Under the pieces are notes generated by a model. It made no database searches. It was not told where the DNA came from and saw only the letters and a program-made list of their open reading frames with translations. A stretch of 64,000 bases of DNA from Dehalococcoidia bacterium (GTDB lineage: Bacteria > Chloroflexota > Dehalococcoidia > SM23-28-2 > RBG-16-64-32), in assembly GCA_963665775.2 (NCBI GenBank), contig CAXXTF010000001.1, forward strand, positions 512,001 through 576,000. The letters are read 5' to 3'. The position numbers and the translations under genes are program-made. Shown here in pieces: positions 50,545 to 59,156 of the stretch (positions are counted from its first letter, which is position 1; each line of letters begins with the position of its first letter).

Positions 50545-52008
50545 CTAGATCCTGCCTTGAGCGGAGGCTGGGGGCTGCCGCGTCAGCCGCCCGCGGGCCA
50601 CCCGGGGTCGCGGCTCCAGATCGGCGGCCGCCGCCGCGGCGAGGGCGAGGCTCATGAGATAGTCGTCGTGGCCCTGCGACGGTTCCACGAAGAAGTTCAT
50701 GGTGCGGTTGGGGCGGTACACCAGGCGGGCCTGCTCCATCTCCCGCCAGAAACCGGCGAACTCCGCTGATCCGTCGGCAGCGTACATCTTCAGCCGGCCC
50801 CCGTTGACGGCGGCCAGCAGCCCGTACCCCAGCCGCGACTTGGATTCCGCCGTGAAGCGAAAGGGCTGAACCACCTGCGACCCCAGGGCCCTGGCTAGCA
50901 GGCGGGCCATGGTCTCGCCCAGGCCGGTGGCGTCCAAAACCAGCCGCCGCACCCGCCAGACCTCGCGCAGGAGGTCCACCAGCCGGGCGAGCAGCGAGTC
51001 GTGTAGCACCCCCACCTGGACCAGGTGCTCGACGACCTCCAGACGCGCCTCCGGGACCACGGCGTCCGAGGGCGAGGGCAGGACTCTGGCGATGGTGAGG
51101 ACGCTGGCGTCGCGCCCCCGTGTGGCGGACTCTTGGCCGGGCCCTTGGTGATCGGCGGCGAAGTCCTGACCGGCCAGGTCCAGCCCGGCGACATAAGTGT
51201 CTCCACCTCTGGGCGCGTACTGGCGGCCGTGGCTCCCTTGAAGCTGGGCCCGCTGTCCCGAGCTGAACAGACGGCCGCCGCCGGAGAGCGTCTTCAGGGC
51301 GTACTGGGTGAGGGAAAGGGGATGGTTTTCGCCCAGGCGGGCTCGCTCCGCCTCCACGTATCGGGCGTAGCTCGGGTTGAGGGCCGCCACCACCGTCCAG
51401 TCGGCCGAGAAGTGACGGCGCAGGCCGTCGCGGCGCTCCAACTCCAGGTTCGTCTGAACCGCCTGCTCCAGCAACGTCGAGTCGTCCCAGGGGGTGCCGT
51501 AATAGACGGTGGTGGCGCCGGTGGGAGCGGCCATGGGCCGGAACTCGCGGTCGAACTTCTCCCGGTCGACATCCTGGGCCTCGTCCACCTCCAGAAGGAG
51601 GCCCGCGGTATGGCCCATGACGCTGGCCGAGGGCTCGGCCGACAGGAAGAGCTGGCGGGCCCGGCCCAGGCGGATAGCGCTGCCGTGCTCGCGGGCGCCG
51701 ATGCTCTCCAGGCCGGCCTGGACGAGGCGGCTCCAGAGACGCCGCAGGCTGATCCGCCCCTGGGGCTCAAAGGAGGGGGCGCACTTGATGCCGTCCACGA
51801 CCTGCCGCGCGTGCTTGACCAGGAGGAGCAGCTCCATCTGGGCCGAGAGTTCGTTCTTGCCGGCCTGGCGGGCCATCACCACCGTGAACGTGAGGCCGCG
51901 ATGGCCCAGCACCGAGTCCACGATCGCCCGGCCCGCCTCGGTCTGGTATGGCCGCAGGCGCGGCAACCCGGGGATCGTGGACTCTACACCCTCGATTGCC
52001 GTCGCCAT
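50545..52008 (-). CDS. Terminase large subunit-like protein
   Basis: LRPYQ, Walker A ARQAGKNE, Walker B LLEVDEAQD, YYGTP, nuclease GLDLAG, LDATGLG, HDDYLMSLAL. Confidence 0.88.
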   Translation of the reverse strand: MATAIEGVESTIPGLPRLRPYQTEAGRAIVDSVLGHRGLTFTVVMARQAGKNELSAQMELLLLVKHARQVVDGIKCAPSFEPQGRISLRRLWSRLVQAGLESIGAREHGSAIRLGRARQLFLSAEPSASVMGHTAGLLLEVDEAQDVDREKFDREFRPMAAPTGATTVYYGTPWDDSTLLEQAVQTNLELERRDGLRRHFSADWTVVAALNPSYARYVEAERARLGENHPLSLTQYALKTLSGGGRLFSSGQRAQLQGSHGRQYAPRGGDTYVAGLDLAGQDFAADHQGPGQESATRGRDASVLTIARVLPSPSDAVVPEARLEVVEHLVQVGVLHDSLLARLVDLLREVWRVRRLVLDATGLGETMARLLARALGSQVVQPFRFTAESKSRLGYGLLAAVNGGRLKMYAADGSAEFAGFWREMEQARLVYRPNRTMNFFVEPSQGHDDYLMSLALAAAAAADLEPRPRVARGRLTRQPPASAQGRI

Positions 52009-52009
52009 G

Positions 52010-52243
52010 CTACTGCACCAGCTTCAGGATCAACTGAGCGATGACGGTGCCCGTCACCAGGAAGATGAGACCGTTGAGGCGGCCTTTCAGGTCGCCCACG
52101 TCTCGCTCCAGGACCTGCAGCCGCTGCTCCGCGGCCGCGCGGAAGGCGGCGGCGGAGCAGCGGGCGGCTGTAGCGCCGTCTCTACCGGCTGGGCGGCGGG
52201 TCGGCCGGAAGCGGGAGATAGCGCGGTGCAGGGCAGTGGGCAT
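52010..52243 (-). CDS. Small coiled-coil protein with C-terminal membrane helix, probably leaderless
   Basis: ATG lies 6 nt after the -10 box; EQRLQVLERDVGDLKGRLNG followed by a hydrophobic tail; stop abuts the TerL start. Confidence 0.65.
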   Translation of the reverse strand: MPTALHRAISRFRPTRRPAGRDGATAARCSAAAFRAAAEQRLQVLERDVGDLKGRLNGLIFLVTGTVIAQLILKLVQ

Positions 52244-52249
52244 GGTCAG

Positions 52250-52279
52250 AGAATAGAACGTTTGTTCTCCTAATGTCAA
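52250..52279 (-). promoter_or_regulatory. Sigma70 promoter with LexA (SOS) box between -35 and -10
   Basis: TTGACA-ttaggaGAACaaacGTTC-TATTCT; box AGAACGTTTGTTCT at 52255-52268. Confidence 0.85.
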
Positions 52280-52374
52280 GGGAGTTGTGTCAGAAGGCGA
52301 CGCTACGGGGGTCGGAAAGGGATGCCGCGACGCTCGGGGCGCACTCATGTTAGCCGGGCCGCCGTAGCATTCAT

Positions 52375-52698
52375 TCAGGTCGGCGGCAGGAGCTGGTCGC
52401 CCAGGCTGTTGAGGGTGGCCGCCAGGTTGTCGGCCAGGTCGTGCCGCGCCTTGGGGGAGAGCCGGTAGCGCGCCGCTACGGCCTTCACTAGCAGGTCCAT
52501 CCCGCGTACCAGAAGCTGCAGGTCCTCTGGCCGCTCCTCGACGGCGTGCTTCAGGCGCACCCGAAGCAGAGCGATCTCGTCGTCCAGCCCTTCGATATCC
52601 TGGGCATGGTTCAGCTCTACCTGCTCGGCCTCGGTCAGGGCCTGCCGGTAGAAGTTACGGGGCGAGGGGCGACGGCGGGCTCTAGCGGCGCCCGCCAC
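52375..52698 (-). CDS. Candidate terminase small subunit
   Basis: N.Y..AL, LDDEIALLR.RL helical pattern seen in TerS-like proteins; position upstream of TerL; GTG after GAGGTG. Confidence 0.55.
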   Translation of the reverse strand: MAGAARARRRPSPRNFYRQALTEAEQVELNHAQDIEGLDDEIALLRVRLKHAVEERPEDLQLLVRGMDLLVKAVAARYRLSPKARHDLADNLAATLNSLGDQLLPPT

Positions 52699-52882
52699 GG
52701 CGGCCACCTCGCTTCGTCCCGTCAGACGGCCGCCGCCGCGCTGGTGCCGCGTCCAGCACCGCCAGCAGCGCATCGGCGGCGTCGGGTGGTAGGGTCGCCG
52801 CCGCCCGGCTTACTCCCCACAGGAGACAGAGGGCGGCCAGCTCCCACTGCTGCCGTTCGATCGCTACGATTAGGGTGGTCAC
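52682..52882 (-). CDS. Hypothetical small protein
   Basis: GTG after GAGAGGAG; overlaps the next gene; ALCLL..V...A.TLPPDA. Confidence 0.55.
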   Translation of the reverse strand: MTTLIVAIERQQWELAALCLLWGVSRAAATLPPDAADALLAVLDAAPARRRPSDGTKRGGRRGGRR

Positions 52883-52907
52883 GGCTGCTCCTCTCCGGTC
52901 GCGGGCC

Positions 52908-53210
52908 TCAGCGGCTCGCAACGCGACGAAGGATAAGAAGGGATATGAAGGCCGTGCCCGCCAGGGGTATAGCACGGGCCAGCGTCCAGGACGCCCACGA
53001 TGACACGGAAGCGAGGGGAGGATCCGGTGGCGCAGCCGCCACGGATGCCAGGAAGAGAAGGCTCTCCATGATCGCGCCAAGGGAGAGCAGCGCCAGGGCC
53101 AGGGCGGCCACTCGGTGTGACGCCGCTTGCTCCCGGCGGGAGGTGAGACGGTGCAGGAAATAGGTCAGGTTAAGCGTTGCGCAGGCGACGATGGCTAGAT
53201 CCAGGCCCAT
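52908..53210 (-). CDS. Small three-helix membrane protein
   Basis: Three hydrophobic segments; first gene after the SOS promoter. Confidence 0.6.
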   Translation of the reverse strand: MGLDLAIVACATLNLTYFLHRLTSRREQAASHRVAALALALLSLGAIMESLLFLASVAAAPPDPPLASVSSWASWTLARAIPLAGTAFISLLILRRVASR

Positions 53211-53292
53211 AGCCGTAGCCCGCCAGGTGGTTAACAAGGGTACCTCCCATCATCGAAGCGGTTCCTGTGCTGAAAGGCATGAGACGATATCC

Positions 53293-53322
53293 AGAATAGA
53301 ACACGCGTTCTTATCCTGTCAA
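53293..53322 (-). promoter_or_regulatory. Sigma70 promoter with LexA (SOS) box between -35 and -10
   Basis: TTGACA-ggataaGAACgcgtGTTC-TATTCT; box AGAACACGCGTTCT at 53298-53311. Confidence 0.85.
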
Positions 53323-53373
53323 GGGGACGCTGTCAGATGGTGGTGCTGTCTCGCTCGGGCAGGACGGTGGGCT

Positions 53374-53715
53374 CTACCCTTCCGGCCCCAGAAGATGACC
53401 GCCCAGGCAGTGCAGGTGCAGATGGTGTACGGTCATGCCCGCGTCTGGCCCCACGTTGAAGGTCAGCCGGTATCCGCGTTCCGCGAGTCCTTCCTCCCGG
53501 GCGACCTGAGCGGCCGTAGTGAACATTCTGGACAGGAGACCCCCGTGCTCGCTGCCGATCTCCGCGGCCGAGACGATGTGCTCCCTGGGGATCACGATGA
53601 AGTGGACGGGCGCCCGCGGGTTAATGTCGCGGATGGCGAACACCAGATCGTCTTCGTACAGCTTATCGACCGGCGTCTTGCCCTGGGCCATGTTGCAGAA
53701 TAGGCAGTCGGCCAT
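53374..53715 (-). CDS. hinT: Histidine triad (HIT) nucleotide-binding protein
   Basis: DCLFC, RDINP.APVH...IP, HLHLH. Confidence 0.93.
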   Translation of the reverse strand: MADCLFCNMAQGKTPVDKLYEDDLVFAIRDINPRAPVHFIVIPREHIVSAAEIGSEHGGLLSRMFTTAAQVAREEGLAERGYRLTFNVGPDAGMTVHHLHLHCLGGHLLGPEG

Positions 53716-53825
53716 CGCCTCCTCCTCTCGTCTGGGCCGGAAGCGACGCTATTCTAGCCGATGGCTGGGGGGCTGGCCAGCCGTCGGCGTTCATGACGTA
53801 GATCTCGATGTTGCCGCCGCCTACG

Positions 53826-54611
53826 CTATCGTTCGGCGGTGCCGGGCGTCCCATATAAGCCGTCGCCGTTGATGTACGGCGCCTCGTCCGTGACGTGGTA
53901 ATGGTAGATGCCGTCCGGATACTCCGGCGTCGCGTGCGAGTGGCCGTGATACGCGTCTAGATCAACGTTCGTGATCGCGGCGCCGTTTTCCTGCGGGCCG
54001 TAGACGGCGAAGCCGTCGAGCAGGAAACCGACGAGCCCGTCCGCGCCTACCTGTTCGATCAGGCAGTCCGGCACGACGTGGTAGTGGTACTGCCCTCGCA
54101 TCTCCGGGTGGCCGCTGCACTGGTCGAACGAGTTGATCTCGTTGGTCAGCGGCTGGTCCGGCCCGGCGTACTGGTTGAACAGCGCGACGCCGTTGACGGC
54201 GATGCCGATGGGACCGAGCGGCGTCGCTTCATGGTCGGCGGCCGCCTGCGGGTCGCGCGGGATGCGGAGCACCAGCGTCTGCTCCGCGATCGTGTTAGGG
54301 TTTTGCTGGAACTGCGGGTTGTCGCCGTCGTAAGCCGCATAGCGCGAGTCGGACGGATCGAAGTACGGACTAACGTGCCCCGGCACGCCGTCCGAGCGCA
54401 GCACCACGAAGTCACCGTCGAAGCTGATGTCCACGTTGTCGCTGAAGCCGGCGAAAGGATCGGCTGATGCCGGTGCTGCTTCTGATGCCGTCGCGGTCGG
54501 CTCTACCGTGGTGGCCGCCGGTGTGGCCGAGCCGCTCGCACCGTCATCGTCGTCGGAGCAGGCGGCCAGGAGGAGGGCGGCGAGCGCCATGAGCGCTGTG
54601 AGCTTTCGCAT
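53826..54611 (-). CDS. YHYH-domain lipoprotein
   Basis: Lipobox LLAAC; GPIGIAVNGV, YHYH twice, DGFAVYG. Confidence 0.85.
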   Translation of the reverse strand: MRKLTALMALAALLLAACSDDDDGASGSATPAATTVEPTATASEAAPASADPFAGFSDNVDISFDGDFVVLRSDGVPGHVSPYFDPSDSRYAAYDGDNPQFQQNPNTIAEQTLVLRIPRDPQAAADHEATPLGPIGIAVNGVALFNQYAGPDQPLTNEINSFDQCSGHPEMRGQYHYHVVPDCLIEQVGADGLVGFLLDGFAVYGPQENGAAITNVDLDAYHGHSHATPEYPDGIYHYHVTDEAPYINGDGLYGTPGTAER

Positions 54612-54677
54612 AGGGCCGACCTTCCTTCGCAAAGGTGGCTAGTGCTACGCGTCGCCTATGCGGTTGTCAAGGCGGCG

Positions 54678-55814
54678 CTACAGGTCCAGCTTCTGGGCCA
54701 CCAGCTCCCGGTGGTAGTCGCCATCGCCCCACATCAGCTCCATCCACTTCTGGCGGCGGAAGTAGAGTTGGATCTTGTACTCCTTCGTGAAGCTGATCCC
54801 GCCGTGGAGCTGCTGGCCCTCGCGGACTACCCGTCGGGAGGCGTCGGAGACCCAGGCCTTGGCCATGGAGACCGCCATATCGGCGTCCGGTTCGTCCTCC
54901 TGGAGGGACCAGGCCGCCTTATAGGTGATGAAGCGGGAGCTGTCGACATCGATGATGGCGTCGGCCATCCGGTGCTGGAGGGCCTGGAAGGAGCCGATGG
55001 GCCGGCCGAACTGGACCCGCTCCTTGGTGTAGTTGACGGTGATGTCGAAGTCCATCTGGGAGAGGCCCACCAGGTAGGCACAGCTGGCGATGGTGGCCAC
55101 CTTCTTGGCCTTCTCGACGATGGGCCAGCCCTCGTCTGCCTGACCCAGGACGCTGGAGGCCGGCACCTTCACGTTAGCGAAGGTGACCTCGCATTGCTTG
55201 TCGTCGGCGATCGTCTTCAGCACCTCGATGCTGATCCCCGGCGACTTGGAGTCGACCAGGAAGAGGGTGATCCCCTCCTCCGGCGTCTTCCCCTGAGAAG
55301 TGCGGGCGGCGACCACCACGTAGTCGGTCACGTGGGCGTCCGGCACGAACAGCTTGGTGCCGTTGAGAACGTAGTCAGAGCCGTCCCCCTTCGCCTCCGT
55401 CTGCACGCCCTCGGCGTCCCATCTGGCGGAGGGCTCAGTCAAGGCCATGGTCAAGATCAGATCCCCGCTGGCGATCCGGGGCAGGAACTGCTCCTTTTGC
55501 GCCTGTGACCCGGCCTCCAGAATGGGGACGCCGCCCAGGACCACGGTGGAGATGTACGGGCCCGCCACCAGGGCCCGGCCGAACTCCTCCAGAAGCACTA
55601 CCAGCTCGCAGAGGTTCAGCCCCGCGCCGCCGTACTGCTCCGGGATGATGAGGCCCATCCAGCCCTGCTCGGCCATCTTGCGCCACAGCTCTGGCGAGTA
55701 GCCCTTCTCGTCCTCCTCCAGCTCGCGCACTAGCTGCTCCGGACACTCCTTCTCCAGGAAGTCCTGAGCGAAGCTCCTCAGCATCTCCTGCTGTTCGTCA
55801 AGGCCTAGATCCAT
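54678..55814 (-). CDS. Acyl-CoA dehydrogenase family protein
   Basis: GWMGL.IPEQYGG, ALTEP, LNGTK, RVQFGRPIGSFQA.QH, QLHGG. Confidence 0.93.
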   Translation of the reverse strand: MDLGLDEQQEMLRSFAQDFLEKECPEQLVRELEEDEKGYSPELWRKMAEQGWMGLIIPEQYGGAGLNLCELVVLLEEFGRALVAGPYISTVVLGGVPILEAGSQAQKEQFLPRIASGDLILTMALTEPSARWDAEGVQTEAKGDGSDYVLNGTKLFVPDAHVTDYVVVAARTSQGKTPEEGITLFLVDSKSPGISIEVLKTIADDKQCEVTFANVKVPASSVLGQADEGWPIVEKAKKVATIASCAYLVGLSQMDFDITVNYTKERVQFGRPIGSFQALQHRMADAIIDVDSSRFITYKAAWSLQEDEPDADMAVSMAKAWVSDASRRVVREGQQLHGGISFTKEYKIQLYFRRQKWMELMWGDGDYHRELVAQKLDL

Positions 55815-55938
55815 GCCGGCGAACCTCCTTCTGGCCTCGTCCTCACCGTAAGAAGCCTGCCTCCGCCAAAGCGGCCGAGACCCGAAACCGCGTTACAGAC
55901 CGGGTCCCGCGAGTCCCGCTCCCTGGCCCTGAGGCGAT

Positions 55939-56048
55939 GGCCACGATACTATGGCGCGCGCGTCAATTGCAAGCCAAAAACCGGGCCCCCGCCGGGCCTA
56001 GCGACGGCGCCATGCCCGTCCGAGGATCCTCTTCAGAAGGGCGGCGCG
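55939..56048. repeat. Direct repeat copy 1 (duplicated transglutaminase 3' end plus downstream intergenic region)
   Basis: About 110 bp closely similar to 56728-56838. Confidence 0.88.
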
Positions 56049-56724
56049 GACCGGTAAAGTCGGCACCTAGAATGATATCTGCAAATATGAAGCCATCGCG
56101 CTCAACCGTTTCCCCCGGCACGATCGGCAATGGTGAGTCAAACATCGGTCCATCGTAGGCGAAGCTATGGAACTCGCCGTTTTCTCCACAGGGATCAACG
56201 CCCTTGGGCAGATCATCGAGGAATTGATGACCAAAGGTGCGGCCGGCAAAGGTGCGAGCAAGCTGCTGAGGATCGACACAGGTGATGTGGGCTCGTAGCC
56301 CCGAATTAACCATTTCGCGCGCGAGTAGCGGGGTTTCCAGCCCCCAGAGCGGAAACATCGGCTTGAGTCCGGTAGGCGCCAGCTTCTCCTCTCGGTAGCG
56401 CCTGACATCTTCCAGATAAAGGTCGCCGAAGGCGATCGCTTTCACTCCGTTTGTGTGCGCTTCGTTGATCGCGGCCCCCATCGCCGCTTCGTACTCTTCA
56501 TTGCTGCAGGGACTCGGGATCGGGACTTTAAAGAGCGGAAGCCGCAGGGCCTCGGCTTGAGCTTCGAGGAGCACTTCGCGAACTCCGTGCATGGAAACGC
56601 GGTTGGCGGCTTGATTGATCGTCGTGAGCAGACCGACGACTTCGACAACGGGGTCTTGGCGCAATGCGTGGAGCGCCCATGCGCTGTCCTTGCCGCTACT
56701 CCATGACAGTAAGACTCTCATCAT
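55963..56724 (-). CDS. PP-loop ATP pyrophosphatase (Dph6/MJ0570-like)
   Basis: LSWSSGKDS, FGDLYLED, FPLW, DPCGENGEFHS. Confidence 0.9.
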   Translation of the reverse strand: MMRVLLSWSSGKDSAWALHALRQDPVVEVVGLLTTINQAANRVSMHGVREVLLEAQAEALRLPLFKVPIPSPCSNEEYEAAMGAAINEAHTNGVKAIAFGDLYLEDVRRYREEKLAPTGLKPMFPLWGLETPLLAREMVNSGLRAHITCVDPQQLARTFAGRTFGHQFLDDLPKGVDPCGENGEFHSFAYDGPMFDSPLPIVPGETVERDGFIFADIILGADFTGPRRPSEEDPRTGMAPSLGPAGARFLACN

Positions 56725-56727
56725 AGC

Positions 56728-56838
56728 GGCCAGGATACCATGGCGCGCGTCAATTGCAAGCCAAAAACCGGGCCGTCCCCGCCGGGCCTAGCGACGGCGC
56801 CATGCCCGTCCCAGGATCTTCTTCAGGAGGGCAGCGCG
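56728..56838. repeat. Direct repeat copy 2
   Basis: Matches 55939-56048. Confidence 0.88.
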
Positions 56839-59154
56839 CAGGTGGGGCCAGAGTCGGCTCAGCCGCTCGTCCTCCTCCCTGCTCGGCTCGCGGTTGCCGA
56901 AACGGGAGCGGTTGTAGGCGGCGGCCAGGGTCGGAATGTCCGGCACATCCCGCAGATCGCCTTTCAGGCGGGCGGCGAACTCGGTTGGCGTCTGGCCGGG
57001 CTGCGGCGGCCGGCCCGCCCAGGAGGCGAGACGCATCGTCTTATCCCAAAGCTGCTGCGGGTACGGCAGGCCCGACACCGACCGCTGCCAGCCCAGGGCC
57101 ACGCTGCCCGCCACGGCCGCTGCGAAGGCGACCGCCGCCACGACGATCCACGACGTGTAGCCGGGGCCGGAGCCTGACGGGCTGGCCTGCGGCAGGCTGC
57201 CGCCGCCGCCGGGCACCGCATCGAAGTCGAAAGGGAAAAGATCATCGAAGTCAGCAGGATCAAAGGGTTCGATATTCGTTGCCCCTGGCAGCGGCACGAT
57301 ATCGCCGCTCCTCGGCTCCGAGATCAGGGCCGCCGGGCGGTCCGGTGTGGGGTTGAACGGAATCCAGCCCTGACCCGGGAAGTACACCTCCGGCCAGGCG
57401 TAAGCATTCTGATCTAGCACCGCGTAGGCGCCCAAATCGCTGTCCAGGTCCGGCTGATCCACGATGAAGCCGACGGCCAGCCGCGCCGGTACCCCCACCG
57501 CGCGCAACATGACAACCATGGCCGAGGCGTGATAGTTGAAGTATCCCTGCCTGGACTCGAACAGGAAATAGTCGACAGCGTCCCTACCCGGTGGCGTGTC
57601 GGGGATGGTGTATGCCACCGTAAACTGGCGCAGGTACGACTCGATCGCCTTGGCGCGGTCGTAGGGGGTCGGCTCGTTCCCAGCCACATCCCCGGCCAGC
57701 TCCTGGACTCGCTGGGGCAGACTGTCCGGTAGCTGGAGGTAGAGATCGCGCACCCACTGCGGATACACCACCCCGGCTGTCTGAAGCTCCTCCGAAGACG
57801 TCGTCTGGACCAGCCCCACGAGCCGGTAGGACTCGCCCTCGGCCAGCCGCTCCTGGGGCCGGACGACCACGGCGTCCGGCAGCCTCAGGTACAGGTCGTC
57901 GCGCTGCCCGTTGATGACGAAAACGCCCGAGAGGCTACTCGCCGGCACGTCTATGCGTGCAGCCACGTCCGTCGATACCGGCACGCCGGTAGAGAAGAGC
58001 ACCGTCCCTACCACGCTCTTGGCCTCTACCGTCACCATCAAGGAGATGAGTCGCCCCTGCAGCGAGCCTTCCGCTAGCGCCTCCCGGAGCTGGGCTTCTA
58101 TGCCCGGAGGCAGCTCCACCTCCTGGCGTGGTCCCGCCTTCCAGCCGCCGGAGACGTACTCCTCGTAGGCAGCTCCCCGCAGCAAGATTGGGCCCCCCGG
58201 TGACGTGTCATCTACCGTCACCGTCAGAAGGTGCCGTTCACCCAGGTTGATGGAGCCCTGGAAGGGGAGGACGCTCGTGTAGTGGTGAGCCGGTACGATC
58301 GTCTTGGCCTGCAGCGGGCCCGCCAGCCGCACGAAGTGTACGCCTAGCCCCTCAAACCGCTGGATAAGAGCATCCATCGGTTTCGGTGTGGGGAACGGGC
58401 CTGACGGCGCGATCGCGGCCATTACCATGAGGAGGAGCACCGCCCAAACGCTGTAGTGAAGGAAGGAGAGGCTGATCAGAGGTGGGTATCTTACCCCCTC
58501 TGACCGCCAACGGCTGATGTGAGCCGTCAGGTTGGAGCGCATTACCAGCAGGAATCCGATCAGGACATAGAAAAAGATGGCGAAGGGCAGCGAGTCGCCC
58601 ACGAACACCATGTCGAGGAAGAGCGCTATGCCGCCCGGGATCAGTCCCAGCCAGGGGTTGTGCCAGCGAAAGATGCTCCAACCGAACAGGAACACCCCTA
58701 GCCAGGTGAGGCCGATCACCATGACGTTGGAGAGGAGCGGGTCGTTGCTGATGCCGCCGCTGAACGCCATCTGGAACCATGCCTGAAAACGGAAATAGAT
58801 GGCGTCCAACCGCTCCCCCGGGCTGCCGGGCCCTACCATCACCATCGTTTGCCAGAAGATCACGGTAGCGCCTGCTACCGCCGCCAGCGGCCAGGCCAGC
58901 AAAGCCGAAAGGGGTGAGCGGGCCAGCGTCATCGCTGCCAGCAGCGCCAGCACTCCCATCAGTGACAGCGCCGGCATGTCGCGGGACCAGCCGCCCGATT
59001 CTATCGATAGCGATACGCTCAGCACCGCCCCCAGGCACAAGCCCAGCGTAAGCCAGTCCTCCCAGTCCAGGAACGGGCCGGTTAGCCGTCTCAGGCCGGA
59101 CGATCCCGGCAACGCCGGCGTCGGCCGCGGTCGCCTCCACTGAAGCTCCGCCAC
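56788..59154 (-). CDS. Membrane transglutaminase-like protein (TgpA family)
   Basis: N-terminal transmembrane bundle; FLF....GYF..HASAMVVMLRAVGVPAR...GF, AYAWPEVYFPG.GW..F.PT. Confidence 0.88.
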   Translation of the reverse strand: MAELQWRRPRPTPALPGSSGLRRLTGPFLDWEDWLTLGLCLGAVLSVSLSIESGGWSRDMPALSLMGVLALLAAMTLARSPLSALLAWPLAAVAGATVIFWQTMVMVGPGSPGERLDAIYFRFQAWFQMAFSGGISNDPLLSNVMVIGLTWLGVFLFGWSIFRWHNPWLGLIPGGIALFLDMVFVGDSLPFAIFFYVLIGFLLVMRSNLTAHISRWRSEGVRYPPLISLSFLHYSVWAVLLLMVMAAIAPSGPFPTPKPMDALIQRFEGLGVHFVRLAGPLQAKTIVPAHHYTSVLPFQGSINLGERHLLTVTVDDTSPGGPILLRGAAYEEYVSGGWKAGPRQEVELPPGIEAQLREALAEGSLQGRLISLMVTVEAKSVVGTVLFSTGVPVSTDVAARIDVPASSLSGVFVINGQRDDLYLRLPDAVVVRPQERLAEGESYRLVGLVQTTSSEELQTAGVVYPQWVRDLYLQLPDSLPQRVQELAGDVAGNEPTPYDRAKAIESYLRQFTVAYTIPDTPPGRDAVDYFLFESRQGYFNYHASAMVVMLRAVGVPARLAVGFIVDQPDLDSDLGAYAVLDQNAYAWPEVYFPGQGWIPFNPTPDRPAALISEPRSGDIVPLPGATNIEPFDPADFDDLFPFDFDAVPGGGGSLPQASPSGSGPGYTSWIVVAAVAFAAAVAGSVALGWQRSVSGLPYPQQLWDKTMRLASWAGRPPQPGQTPTEFAARLKGDLRDVPDIPTLAAAYNRSRFGNREPSREEDERLSRLWPHLRAALLKKILGRAWRRR

Positions 59155-59156
59155 GG

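Noticed and set aside
48214-53322. Complete inducible prophage or phage satellite
   Set aside because: No integrase, att repeats, primase/replication, capsid or tail genes recognisable in the window.
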